The notes under the pieces: model-generated
The model's input: only the letters and a program-made list of their open reading frames with translations
Told to the model about the DNA's origin: nothing
Databases searched by the model: none
From: Candidatus Iainarchaeum sp.
Lineage (GTDB): Archaea; Iainarchaeota; Iainarchaeia; Iainarchaeales; CSSED10-239
Assembly (NCBI GenBank): GCA_028700115.1
Contig: JAQVTI010000001.1
Span: 150,001-182,000 of the forward strand
Reading direction: 5' to 3'
Length of the DNA: 32,000 nt
Program-made: the position numbers and the translations under genes
Part shown: positions 8,946 to 17,734 of the stretch, piece by piece
Numbering within the stretch: the stretch's first letter is position 1
Layout: the number at the start of each line of letters is the position of its first letter

Positions 8946-10277
8946 CTAAACAAAATCAATAGAATTTGCAAGTAATTCTATTTCTGAAGAAAAACCATTA
9001 AGTTTAGCTCTTCCTTTAATTTTTATTCTTTTACCTAAAAGATCATCTTCAAGCTTAGAAAAAATATTTTCTTTTTCTTCTTCAGAAAATTCTTTTATAA
9101 AATCTTCTTTTTTAATATTAAATATTTTTTCAACAACTTCTTTAAAGAAAACAACCTTTAAAATACCAGTACCATCATCTACATCAATAGATGCAAAAAG
9201 ATTAACTTCAGGATTATCAACTTCTTTATTACATTTTTCACAAATAAATGATTCATTTATTAATTGTATTTTTTCTTTACAATCAGGACATTTAAAATAT
9301 CTTAATTTATTTCTATTTACAGAAACAATAGTAGCTTCAATTTCATAATTTTTAGAATCTTCTAAAGAAGAAATTGTTGAATTTTCATAACTTTGAGAAA
9401 AAGCATCTATTAATTGCTCTAAAGAAGGAATATTTAAATTATTTTTTGGATTTTTAAAAATTGTAGAATTCCAATTAATATTTATTTCAAAATCATATAA
9501 ACCTTCTCTTACATTTACATCTGTTAATTTTACAATATCTCCTCTTTTATAATCTTTTTCAAAAGTATGTGCTAATTGATCCCAAGCAGTACACTTTATA
9601 GACTTTATTCCATCAGAAATTTCAAAATTTAAAACAAATCTTTTTTTTTGATTTTTATCTTCAAATTCTCTAATAGGATAAATAGCTATAATTCTTCCAA
9701 TAGTTTCAATTAATTTATCAGTTAAATCAATTTCAGAAACTTTTATAAAAATATTTTCAATAGGTTTAATATCAGGAGCATTTTCTGGAAGAATAATGCT
9801 TCCTCCATATCTTAAAGCAAGTTCTTTATTATCATTATAAGTTGTAACATATGCATCTTTTATTAAAACTAAAGAATTTTTTTCTAAATTTAAAGAATCT
9901 ATTAAATCTACTTTTTCATTAAAAAGATTTAATTTAATTTCACCAGTATCATCTTGTAAAAAAACATTTTGAATTTTCCCAAGAGAACCATCCTTTGCAT
10001 TATATGTTTTAAAAGGTGGGATAGATTTTACTCTAGCATATAAACTAACCCCATCTTGAGAAGAAGAAATTTCTGAAATTTTATATATAGAAGAAGTAGA
10101 TTTTATATCTAAATCTACATTATATTGCTTTGCAAGCATTATATTTGCACCAACATCAGAAAGTAGACCTTGATATTTATCTTTTATTTTATTTATTTCT
10201 TCTAAAAGCTCTTCATCAGTTTTCTTAGTTTCAACTTTTATTTTTTTAAAAATATCTTCAGCATTATTTAATTGCAT
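8946..10277 (-). CDS. Replication protein A-like ssDNA-binding protein (multiple OB folds plus zinc ribbon)
   Basis: Repeated OB-fold-like segments and the zinc ribbon CPDCKEK...CEKCNKE, typical of archaeal RPA/RFA large subunits. Located near MCM. Confidence 0.75.
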   Translation of the reverse strand: MQLNNAEDIFKKIKVETKKTDEELLEEINKIKDKYQGLLSDVGANIMLAKQYNVDLDIKSTSSIYKISEISSSQDGVSLYARVKSIPPFKTYNAKDGSLGKIQNVFLQDDTGEIKLNLFNEKVDLIDSLNLEKNSLVLIKDAYVTTYNDNKELALRYGGSIILPENAPDIKPIENIFIKVSEIDLTDKLIETIGRIIAIYPIREFEDKNQKKRFVLNFEISDGIKSIKCTAWDQLAHTFEKDYKRGDIVKLTDVNVREGLYDFEININWNSTIFKNPKNNLNIPSLEQLIDAFSQSYENSTISSLEDSKNYEIEATIVSVNRNKLRYFKCPDCKEKIQLINESFICEKCNKEVDNPEVNLFASIDVDDGTGILKVVFFKEVVEKIFNIKKEDFIKEFSEEEKENIFSKLEDDLLGKRIKIKGRAKLNGFSSEIELLANSIDFV

Positions 10278-10507
10278 AATTTAAAACCATTTTTATTTTT
10301 TTAATTTTTTATAAAAATTTTAAAAAAATTATAATATAAATATATATTAATAAAGAAAATATTAATAAAAGGGTAAGAATATAAAATAATACAAAAAATA
10401 AAACCAATTTAAAAATATTAAAATAAATATAATTATAAATATATTAGACTAAATATATTAAATAAAATATATTTTAGAAAATAAAAATTTATAAAAAGTG
10501 TAAAAAA

Positions 10508-12817
10508 ATGAAGATAGGAAAATATACTGTTGGAAACTACATAGTTACTCAAGAAGGAAATAAAAAAAAATTAGTTTTTGACTGTAGAAACTGTCCATAT
10601 AATACATCAATTGCAGAAGATGCAAGATGTAGATACCATGTTTTAAAAACATTAGAAACAATAGATGCAGATGAAATAATATTAGCAGAAGTATATGAAA
10701 GAAGCTATGATAAAATACAAACAAAATTTTTAAAAGAAATGGTAAATCTTGGGATGGATTTTGAAAATAAAGCTGTTTGGGTTTCAGAACATTTAAATAT
10801 TAATGATATTGATTGCGATCAATGTTACCCACAAAGACATAATAATATTTTAAAATTTGCAAGAGAACTAATCTCATATGACCCAATAGCATCATATATA
10901 ACTTTATTAAAAGAAATAGAAAACAATAAAACAAGAGAAGAAGACTCAAAAGGAAAAGAATGCGAAAAATGCTTTACTGCAAATATAAATCATTTATTAA
11001 ATTTAAAAAAACAATATGAAAAAACTGAGTTTATTAGAAGAATCAAACCAATTTTAGTAAAAAGCAAAGATCTTTCTGACTTAACAGATATTTATAGAAC
11101 CATTTTTGAAGTAGAAATAAAACCATCTTTTATTGGATCTAAAATATCTTTTGAAAATATGGATAAATTAGAACTAATAGACGAATACCAAGTATTAAAC
11201 ACAAATGTACAAATATTTAAACATCCAGAAAAAATAGAATATATGTATATGATTAACCCCCCAGAGTACACACTTTCTCCAGACCATTATTTTGTACTTA
11301 CAAAAACAAAAGAAACTGTTGCAAACTATGCTCCTGGAACAGTTACTCTTACAACAGGGGATTCAACTAGAAAATACTTTCAAAGAATATATCAAAGCAC
11401 AATAACAGATATTGCACGAAAATTTGCAATAAACATAAATGCAGAAGACATTTTTGCACTTTCTGAAATAGTTACAAGATATACAATTGGATATGGAATT
11501 TTAGAATTACTACTTTCAGACAGACAAGTAACAGATGTTTATCTAGACTCACCACTTGGTTCAAAACCAATCTATTTAGTTCACTCTAAATATGGACAAT
11601 GCCAAACAAACATACAATACCCAGAAAGCGATGCTGAAAGCTTTATTGGAAAAATTAGAGCAATGTCTGGAAGACCATTTGATGATGCACATCCAATTTT
11701 AGACTTTGATTTACCAGATCTTAACACAAGAATTGCAATTATTGGAAGACCTCTTGCAACTGATGGGATTGCATTTGCATTCAGACTTCATAAAGACACT
11801 CCTTGGACTCTACCACAGTTAATAAATGTAAAATCACTTAACTCACTTGCAGCAGGTATGCTTTCATTTTTTATAGATAATAATTCAACTATGCTAATTG
11901 CAGGATCACGTGGTGCAGGAAAAACTTCTTTAATGACTTCTTTAATGCTTGAGATTCTACAAAACAGTAGAATCATAGTTCAAGAAGACACATTAGAACT
12001 TCCTGTAATGTACATGAAAGATATTGGGTTTAATGCCCAAAGACTAAAAACAAGATCTGCAATTGGTGGAACAGGAGATCTAGCAACATCTGAAGTTAAA
12101 CCAGAAGATGCTCTAAGAACAGCTTTAAGACTTGGTGACTCTGCTTTAATTGTTGGGGAAGTTAGAAGTGTTGAGGCTAAAGTTTTATATGAAGCCATGA
12201 GAATTGGTGCAGCTGGAAATGTTGTTATGGGAACAATACATGCTGATTCAGCTTATGCAGTTTGGGATAGAGTTGTAAATGATCTAGAAGTTCCAACAAC
12301 TTCTTTTAAGGCAACTGATATTGTAGTTGTTGCAAAGCCTATAAGATTTAAAGGATCTTTAAAAAACCATAGAAGAGTAGTTCAAATCACAGAAGTTAGA
12401 AAGCATTGGAATAATGATCCAGATGCAGAAGGCGGACTTTTAAACTTAATGGAATATGATGCTTCAAAAGATACACTTGTTTTAAATGAAGATGCTCTAA
12501 AAGACTCTGAGATGTTTACAAAGATAAGTAAACTTTCTGGTATGAAGATAGAAGAGATTTGGGAGAACATTAACTTAAGGTCAAAAGAGAAACAGTTCCA
12601 AGTAGATTTTGCAAAAGAAAAAGATGTGATTGAAATTTTAGAGGCAGAACACACTGTTTTTGCACACAACAAGCTTCTTATCATGAAAGAAGAATATTTG
12701 GAGTATTATAATGATAAGCTAGATTATAATGATTTATACGAAAAATGGAAAAAATGGTATACAGAAAGCTTTGCTCCAAGAGTAATTAAAAGAATAAAAG
12801 ATAATAGAATTGAATAA
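10508..12817 (+). CDS. Type II/IV secretion / type IV pilus family ATPase (PilB/ArlI-like) with a long Cys-containing N-terminal extension
   Basis: Walker A AGSRGAGKTS, Walker B-like ALIVGEVRSVEA, His box GTIHADSA. About 430 N-terminal residues contain CRNCP...CRYH, CDQC and CEKC pairs. Confidence 0.85.
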   Translation: MKIGKYTVGNYIVTQEGNKKKLVFDCRNCPYNTSIAEDARCRYHVLKTLETIDADEIILAEVYERSYDKIQTKFLKEMVNLGMDFENKAVWVSEHLNINDIDCDQCYPQRHNNILKFARELISYDPIASYITLLKEIENNKTREEDSKGKECEKCFTANINHLLNLKKQYEKTEFIRRIKPILVKSKDLSDLTDIYRTIFEVEIKPSFIGSKISFENMDKLELIDEYQVLNTNVQIFKHPEKIEYMYMINPPEYTLSPDHYFVLTKTKETVANYAPGTVTLTTGDSTRKYFQRIYQSTITDIARKFAININAEDIFALSEIVTRYTIGYGILELLLSDRQVTDVYLDSPLGSKPIYLVHSKYGQCQTNIQYPESDAESFIGKIRAMSGRPFDDAHPILDFDLPDLNTRIAIIGRPLATDGIAFAFRLHKDTPWTLPQLINVKSLNSLAAGMLSFFIDNNSTMLIAGSRGAGKTSLMTSLMLEILQNSRIIVQEDTLELPVMYMKDIGFNAQRLKTRSAIGGTGDLATSEVKPEDALRTALRLGDSALIVGEVRSVEAKVLYEAMRIGAAGNVVMGTIHADSAYAVWDRVVNDLEVPTTSFKATDIVVVAKPIRFKGSLKNHRRVVQITEVRKHWNNDPDAEGGLLNLMEYDASKDTLVLNEDALKDSEMFTKISKLSGMKIEEIWENINLRSKEKQFQVDFAKEKDVIEILEAEHTVFAHNKLLIMKEEYLEYYNDKLDYNDLYEKWKKWYTESFAPRVIKRIKDNRIE

Positions 12818-12818
12818 A

Positions 12819-13019
12819 TTATTCTATTATCTTCCATTGTCCTTTTTTTGTAGAACCAATTCTCTTTAATTTACCTTTTTCTTTTAATTTAGATATATTC
12901 CACTCAACACCCCTAACAGATAATCCAACTTTTAAAGATAATTCTTTTACAGTAATATTAGGATTTTTCTTAATTAATAAAATTATTTTATCCACAGTTT
13001 CTTCCACAGTCTCTTCCAC
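12819..13019 (-). CDS. Small winged-helix DNA-binding protein
   Basis: ILLIKKNPNITVKELSLKVGLSVRGVEWNISKLKEKGKLKRIGSTKKGQWKII resembles the C-terminal wHTH of larger AlbA_2/HATPase_c_4-type regulators. There is no ATG. The annotated start is a GTG inside a 12-bp tandem repeat, so the start is uncertain. Confidence 0.55.
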   Translation of the reverse strand: MEETVEETVDKIILLIKKNPNITVKELSLKVGLSVRGVEWNISKLKEKGKLKRIGSTKKGQWKIIE

Positions 13020-13030
13020 AGTCTCTTCAA
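12991..13030. repeat. 12-bp tandem repeat TCCACAGT(C/T)TCT, about 3.3 copies, encoding (EETV)n on the minus strand
   Basis: Read directly. It spans the 5' end of the wHTH ORF, and each unit contains a potential GTG start. Confidence 0.85.
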
Positions 13031-13065
13031 AAATTATTTAAAAACAAATAAAATATATATAATTT

Positions 13066-13105
13066 TCTAAAAGTCAACTAATTAATTAGCAAACTAATTA
13101 AATAA
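13066..13105. promoter_or_regulatory. Motif TCTAAAAGTCAACTAATTAA... in the divergent promoter between the wHTH gene and the 208-aa gene; shared with 15194-15280
   Basis: TCTAAAAGTCAACTA occurs at about 13066, 15194 and 15227. ACTAATTAAATAATA is also shared with 15263-15280. Confidence 0.5.
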
Positions 13106-13174
13106 TATAGAATAATTTATAAATATAATAAACAATATTAATATATTATTTAAAAAAACAAAACAAGAGAAAAC

Positions 13175-13801
13175 ATGAAATTATTTAATAGAGTTAGAAA
13201 ACCTAAAAGAGAGACACCTCATAAGATAATAGAAAAAACATATAAAATAAATGAACTTGAAGCAGCTTTTACAAAAGAGAAAGGCAAAAACTCAAAATTA
13301 AAAGAAATAAATGCAGTTAGAAGAAAAGATTCAGGTAAATTTGTTTTAGGAGATATTAAAGATAAATTTTACCACACACATATTCTAGATAGTCTAAAAG
13401 AAAGAAATAAATTAATACCTAGTCCAGAAGACATAGTTACATCTAGTTTACTTAAAAGATATAAGAATGTAAAAAACAATGGTGTTTTTCTAATACACAA
13501 AGGTAAAGAAATTGGAAAAATACATTTTAGATTAAGTGATAAATTTATTAAAGATATTAGAGAAGGAACAGAGAGAGCAAGTAAGACTAATAAAGATATT
13601 AATAAGGTTGATTTTTTTAATGCATTTCTAAAACTAAGAATAAGTAATATTTATTCTTTTAATATTTTAAAAGATAAAATGACTTTAGAAAAACAAGTTA
13701 AGATAATTAATGAACTTAAAAAAGAAGGTATACAAATAAAATATAAAGCAATGCCTGGATATAAGTTTAATGAAAAAACTATGCTTTTTGAAAAAGCATA
13801 A
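13175..13801 (+). CDS. Hypothetical lysine-rich protein (208 aa)
   Basis: Intact ORF with an ATG start. I recognise no motif. Confidence 0.5.
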   Translation: MKLFNRVRKPKRETPHKIIEKTYKINELEAAFTKEKGKNSKLKEINAVRRKDSGKFVLGDIKDKFYHTHILDSLKERNKLIPSPEDIVTSSLLKRYKNVKNNGVFLIHKGKEIGKIHFRLSDKFIKDIREGTERASKTNKDINKVDFFNAFLKLRISNIYSFNILKDKMTLEKQVKIINELKKEGIQIKYKAMPGYKFNEKTMLFEKA

Positions 13802-13825
13802 AACTAATTTTATTTTTATAAAAAA
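13773..13825. repeat. About 53-bp direct repeat, copy 1: the last 8 codons plus the 3' flank of the 208-aa gene
   Basis: AAAAAACTATGCTTTTTGAAAAAGCATAAAACTAATTTTATTTTTATAAAAAA recurs at 15282..15335. It is identical apart from A-run lengths. Confidence 0.9.
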
Positions 13826-15159
13826 CTTTTTGGTTTTTCTAACATAGCTAAAAACATACATACAGGTATAACTAAATTATTATTTAGATTAATATCTGCA
13901 GGTGCAACTAAATTTTTTGAAAGCATAATATATTCATCAACATCTTCTATAAAATTAGGTTTTTTAAATTTATTTCTATATTTAACTTCAATTGCTTTAT
14001 TTTTAAAAACAAAATCAATTTCTTTTTGATCTACATTATAATATTTTAATTCTAAATTATAAATATTTTGTAAATGACTACCAACTGTATTTTCTACAAG
14101 CTTACCTAAAAAAGTATCATTAAATAAAAGAGATCTACTTTCTTCAAAAGAATCTAAATTATTTGAATAGTTTAATAAAGAATGAATAATAAAAGGATCT
14201 TTAATATAAAATTTCTTTAAAAGATCTCTTGCAGATTCTTTTATTTCAAAAATAATTAATAATTCTTTTAATTCATTTAAATATTTTTTAATAGTATCTA
14301 TAGAATAACCTGTTTTTTCACTAATAGTTGTATATTTTAAAGAACCAGTTAAAGATTCAATTAAAACTTTTAATATTTCAATAGATTTTGTTTTATCCAT
14401 TTTTTCAAATATTTTTTGAATAATATCTTCATAATATTTTTCAGAAATTGAATTATTTTTAAAATAAGAGTTTATAGTTTCTGGAAAACCACCTGTTAAT
14501 AAATAAATATTAAAATATTTATTAATTTCATCAAAATAAGATTCTATATTTAAAAATTTACTAAGTATATCTTCATTAGATAAATTTAAATTAATTTCAG
14601 ACTTAACTAAAAGGTTATATAAACTTAAATTATCAGTTTTAGTTATATTTAAAAGAAATTGCCTAAAAGTTAAAGAAGACATAACTTTTATTTCTTCAGA
14701 TCTTCCAATTAATGCTTGTTTACATTCTTCAATTTTTCTAGGATCAGAACCAGTAACTACTAAACAAATATCTTTTAATAAATTAGAATCTTTTAAAGCT
14801 TTTAAAAAGGCACAACTATTTTGTAAAGATTGAATCTCATCAAATAAAATAATTTTAATAGGATATAAATTAATTATTTTTTCCATTTGCCTAAATAGTT
14901 CTTTTTCTTTTAAATTTAATAAAATATCAAAATTAAAATAAATTACTTCCTTTGAATTAGTAGAATAAGCAATTTGTTTTAAATAAATTGTTTTTCCTAC
15001 TCTTCTAGGTCCTTTAATTAAATTTATAGTCCCAGGAGTAAGATTTATAGAATCTCTAGTTATAATATATTTATTTTTAGATAAATTATCTATATCTGGA
15101 TCTTTTTTTCCTGAAAACCAGGGATTTTGACTTAAAACAACATTCCAATCTAAAGGCAT
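13816..15159 (-). CDS. AAA+ ATPase of the COG1373 type (AAA_14 N-domain plus DUF4143, PD-(D/E)xK-like C-domain)
   Basis: NPWF near the N-terminus, Walker A GPRRVGKT, Walker B ILFDEIQ, GS...LTFRQF, LLTGGFPE, and a C-terminal E..(x)n..EIDFV...IEVK nuclease-like triad. Confidence 0.85.
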   Translation of the reverse strand: MPLDWNVVLSQNPWFSGKKDPDIDNLSKNKYIITRDSINLTPGTINLIKGPRRVGKTIYLKQIAYSTNSKEVIYFNFDILLNLKEKELFRQMEKIINLYPIKIILFDEIQSLQNSCAFLKALKDSNLLKDICLVVTGSDPRKIEECKQALIGRSEEIKVMSSLTFRQFLLNITKTDNLSLYNLLVKSEINLNLSNEDILSKFLNIESYFDEINKYFNIYLLTGGFPETINSYFKNNSISEKYYEDIIQKIFEKMDKTKSIEILKVLIESLTGSLKYTTISEKTGYSIDTIKKYLNELKELLIIFEIKESARDLLKKFYIKDPFIIHSLLNYSNNLDSFEESRSLLFNDTFLGKLVENTVGSHLQNIYNLELKYYNVDQKEIDFVFKNKAIEVKYRNKFKKPNFIEDVDEYIMLSKNLVAPADINLNNNLVIPVCMFLAMLEKPKSFL

Positions 15160-15193
15160 ATATTAATTATACACCTATAAGTTTATAAATTTA

Positions 15194-15280
15194 TCTAAAA
15201 GTCAACTAGTTAACTAGTTGAAATTATCTAAAAGTCAACTAATTAACTAATTAACTAATTAACTAATTAATTAAATAATA
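15194..15280. promoter_or_regulatory. Repeat-rich promoter region of ATPase 1: two TCTAAAAGTCAACTA motifs, a perfect 18-bp palindrome and an (AACTAATT)n run
   Basis: The palindrome CAACTAGTTAACTAGTTG is at 15203..15220. AACTAATT is repeated about 4 times at 15237..15268. On the minus strand, a TTTATAAAC TATA-like box and GGTG lie between the palindrome and the ATG at 15159. Confidence 0.55.
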
Positions 15281-15281
15281 A

Positions 15282-15335
15282 AAAAAACTATGCTTTTTGA
15301 AAAAGCATAAAACTAATTTTATTTTTATAAAAAAA
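15282..15335. repeat. About 53-bp direct repeat, copy 2 (orphan 3' end of the 208-aa gene)
   Basis: See 13773..13825. This copy has no gene body upstream of it. It is preceded directly by the promoter-like motif. Confidence 0.9.
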
Positions 15336-15911
15336 TCATACATTAATATAGTCTTTATGAATATACTCTTTTACAAATAATAAAACATCTTTATTTGTAA
15401 ATTGATTTATACTCTTTTTATGATCTTCAAAAAACAGTTCATAACAATATCTAAGATATGAAGGATTAAGAGTTTTTACTTGGTTAAAAAATTTAACTTT
15501 TAACTCTTTAGAAATATCTAATTCTTTTATTTTTTTATCTAATTTATATTTTAAGATATTTCCTTGTCTATCAGATCTATTAACATAGATTTCTGCTTCA
15601 CGTTTTTCTATTTGTGCATATTTTAAAAAATGTTCAACAATTTTTATATATTCTTTTTGAGTTAGTTTTTTCATTAACTCTTTTGTAGTCATGTTTTTTT
15701 TATCTCTTAAAAGAATATTATGCATATGAAAAACAATATCAGAATCTGATAAAAATTTATCTTTTTGTTTAATTAGTTCTCTTAGTTTAGGGTCTACTAC
15801 TTTTTGATTTAGTTTCTTTGTAGACCTATTTCTAGTTATTTTAAAACTTTGTCTTTTTTCCTTAAATGTATAAGGTTTATTTGTTTTTGGATTTATTTTT
15901 CTAAAAGGCAT
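15336..15911 (-). CDS. Hypothetical lysine-rich protein (191 aa)
   Basis: Intact ORF with an ATG start, lying between AbiEii-1 and ATPase 1. No recognisable motif. Confidence 0.5.
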   Translation of the reverse strand: MPFRKINPKTNKPYTFKEKRQSFKITRNRSTKKLNQKVVDPKLRELIKQKDKFLSDSDIVFHMHNILLRDKKNMTTKELMKKLTQKEYIKIVEHFLKYAQIEKREAEIYVNRSDRQGNILKYKLDKKIKELDISKELKVKFFNQVKTLNPSYLRYCYELFFEDHKKSINQFTNKDVLLFVKEYIHKDYINV

Positions 15912-16013
15912 AAATAATTAACTCTTTTATATTATAACAAATATATAAAAGATAAATAAATTTATAAATAGTAATTTTTATTAAAAAAATAAATTTTTTT
16001 AAAGAAAATTCAT

Positions 16014-16736
16014 TTAATTAATTTTATTTAAAATAAACTTACAAATAAGTTTAAAATCTAATCTATATTTTTTTAAAATATAATGATTTGTTGAATTATT
16101 ATACAATTTTATTTTATAATCATCATTTATTATATTATTTAATTTATTAATAACTATAGATTTATCTTTTATTGGAAAATTATTATCTTTTAGTATAACA
16201 TAGATATCATAAATATCTTTACCTTCATCTCTATTTATAAAAGCTTTAATTTTTTGATAAAATAATTCTTCTAAACTATAAACATTAAAATAAGATATAT
16301 CAAAATCAACAAATCCAGGATAAATTATTTTTTTATTAATATCAGGCATATCTTTATTATTTAATCTAAATTCAAGCATAATTTTATCTTTTTGATTAAT
16401 CTCATTAATATACTGAATATCAAATCTAATTGTTTTATTCATGATTCTTGGTTTATTTACAATATAAGATTTCAAATATTTTTTTAAAATTAAATAAATA
16501 TCTTCTTTTAAAATATTTATTTCTTTTTTAGAAAAAATATCAAAATCAATATCTTCAGAAAATCTTTTAAATTTATTAAAATAAACTCTATTTAAAGAAG
16601 TTCCTCCTTTTAATATTATATTATCAAATTTATTCTCTAATAATTTAAATATTTTTGAAATTTCTTTATCTTTTATAATATAATTTGTAGATAATCCAGT
16701 ATCTAAACAAATTTTTCTAATAAGTTTTATATCCAT
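16014..16736 (-). CDS. AbiEii/AbiGii-family nucleotidyltransferase toxin (DUF1814), copy 1
   Basis: Signature ILKGGTSLNRVY....RFSEDIDFDI. The ATG at 16736 lies 4 nt after the AbiEi stop. The track start at 16757 is a TTG inside the upstream gene. Confidence 0.8.
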   Translation of the reverse strand: MDIKLIRKICLDTGLSTNYIIKDKEISKIFKLLENKFDNIILKGGTSLNRVYFNKFKRFSEDIDFDIFSKKEINILKEDIYLILKKYLKSYIVNKPRIMNKTIRFDIQYINEINQKDKIMLEFRLNNKDMPDINKKIIYPGFVDFDISYFNVYSLEELFYQKIKAFINRDEGKDIYDIYVILKDNNFPIKDKSIVINKLNNIINDDYKIKLYNNSTNHYILKKYRLDFKLICKFILNKIN

Positions 16737-16740
16737 TAAT

Positions 16741-17529
16741 TTAATACCACCAATCAATTATATTTTTTTCACCTAAATTATCTTTTAGTTTCCATTTATC
16801 TATATATTTTGATTTTTTATTATTTATATTTAATAAATAAGTATTAGATTTGTCTTGAGATAATAAATATTTTAAAAAATAATTAGGTATTTTTAAATTT
16901 GTATTTTTAAGTAAAATATCTAAAATATAGCCAGTAATTTGATTTTGTCTTTTACTAGAGTATTTTTTATAAATTAATAATAATTTATTCCAATTTATTT
17001 TATTTGAACCTAAATATATAGCTTTAGATAAAATAGAATAACTACCTATATATTTAAATTTATTAAAACAATCAAATATAGTTTTTTCTAAAGAAGAAAT
17101 ATAAATATTATCTATTCTTATAAAATCATTATAAAAATTAGTATTTATATATTTTAGATTATATTCATATAATTTAATATTTTTAGATTTTTTATTAGTA
17201 GAAATATATATGTTGAAAGGATGGTAATCTATTAAACCATAATAAAATAAAGCAGATGAAAAAGAAATATATCCAGGATATAAATTAGTTGCTATTTCAA
17301 AAAGATCATTTATTGAAAAAATATCTTTTTTAATATAATTATTTTTTTTAAGATTTAATAAATACCCTTTATCTTTTAATTGTTTTAATAAAAAATTAAT
17401 CTTATAATTAGAATAATCTTTAAAAGCAGATTTTAAATCATTGTTTTTTAATATATTATTCTTTTTTTTAGAATCTATATAGTTATACAAATAATTTTCA
17501 TTATTTGTTAATTGGTTATTTTTTTGCAT
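16741..17529 (-). CDS. AbiEi-like antitoxin / transcriptional regulator, copy 1
   Basis: It sits immediately upstream of AbiEii. The motifs LKDKGYLLNLKKNNY, YPGYISFSSALFYYGL, SLEKTIFDC and NQITGYILD follow the AbiEi (COG5340) pattern. Confidence 0.7.
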   Translation of the reverse strand: MQKNNQLTNNENYLYNYIDSKKKNNILKNNDLKSAFKDYSNYKINFLLKQLKDKGYLLNLKKNNYIKKDIFSINDLFEIATNLYPGYISFSSALFYYGLIDYHPFNIYISTNKKSKNIKLYEYNLKYINTNFYNDFIRIDNIYISSLEKTIFDCFNKFKYIGSYSILSKAIYLGSNKINWNKLLLIYKKYSSKRQNQITGYILDILLKNTNLKIPNYFLKYLLSQDKSNTYLLNINNKKSKYIDKWKLKDNLGEKNIIDWWY

Positions 17530-17644
17530 ATAACATAATTATATTACATAACCTTTAAAAAATTAACCAAAAAATATTTATTTAAAATATATTAAAAATA
17601 AATAAAATTTTAAGAAAAAGAATAAGTTTTAGATTTTTAAAATT

Positions 17645-17692
17645 TTTTTAAAAATAAAAAAAAGAAAAGAAAGAAAAGGAAATAAATCCTTT
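17645..17692 (-). terminator. Hairpin plus T-tract downstream of the S-layer gene
   Basis: AAAGGA-AATAAA-TCCTTT at 17675..17692. On the minus strand it is followed by TCTTTCTTTTCTTTTTTTTATTTTT. It lies 43 nt after the stop. Confidence 0.45.
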
Positions 17693-17734
17693 ATCTTTAA
17701 CGGTTTAGATTTAATCTATTTTATTTTCAAACAT

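Noticed and set aside
8200-10507. A replication origin near the MCM and RPA genes.
   Set aside because: I saw no Orc1/Cdc6 gene and no repeated ORB-like elements flanking an AT-rich unwinding element. AT-richness is uninformative in this genome.
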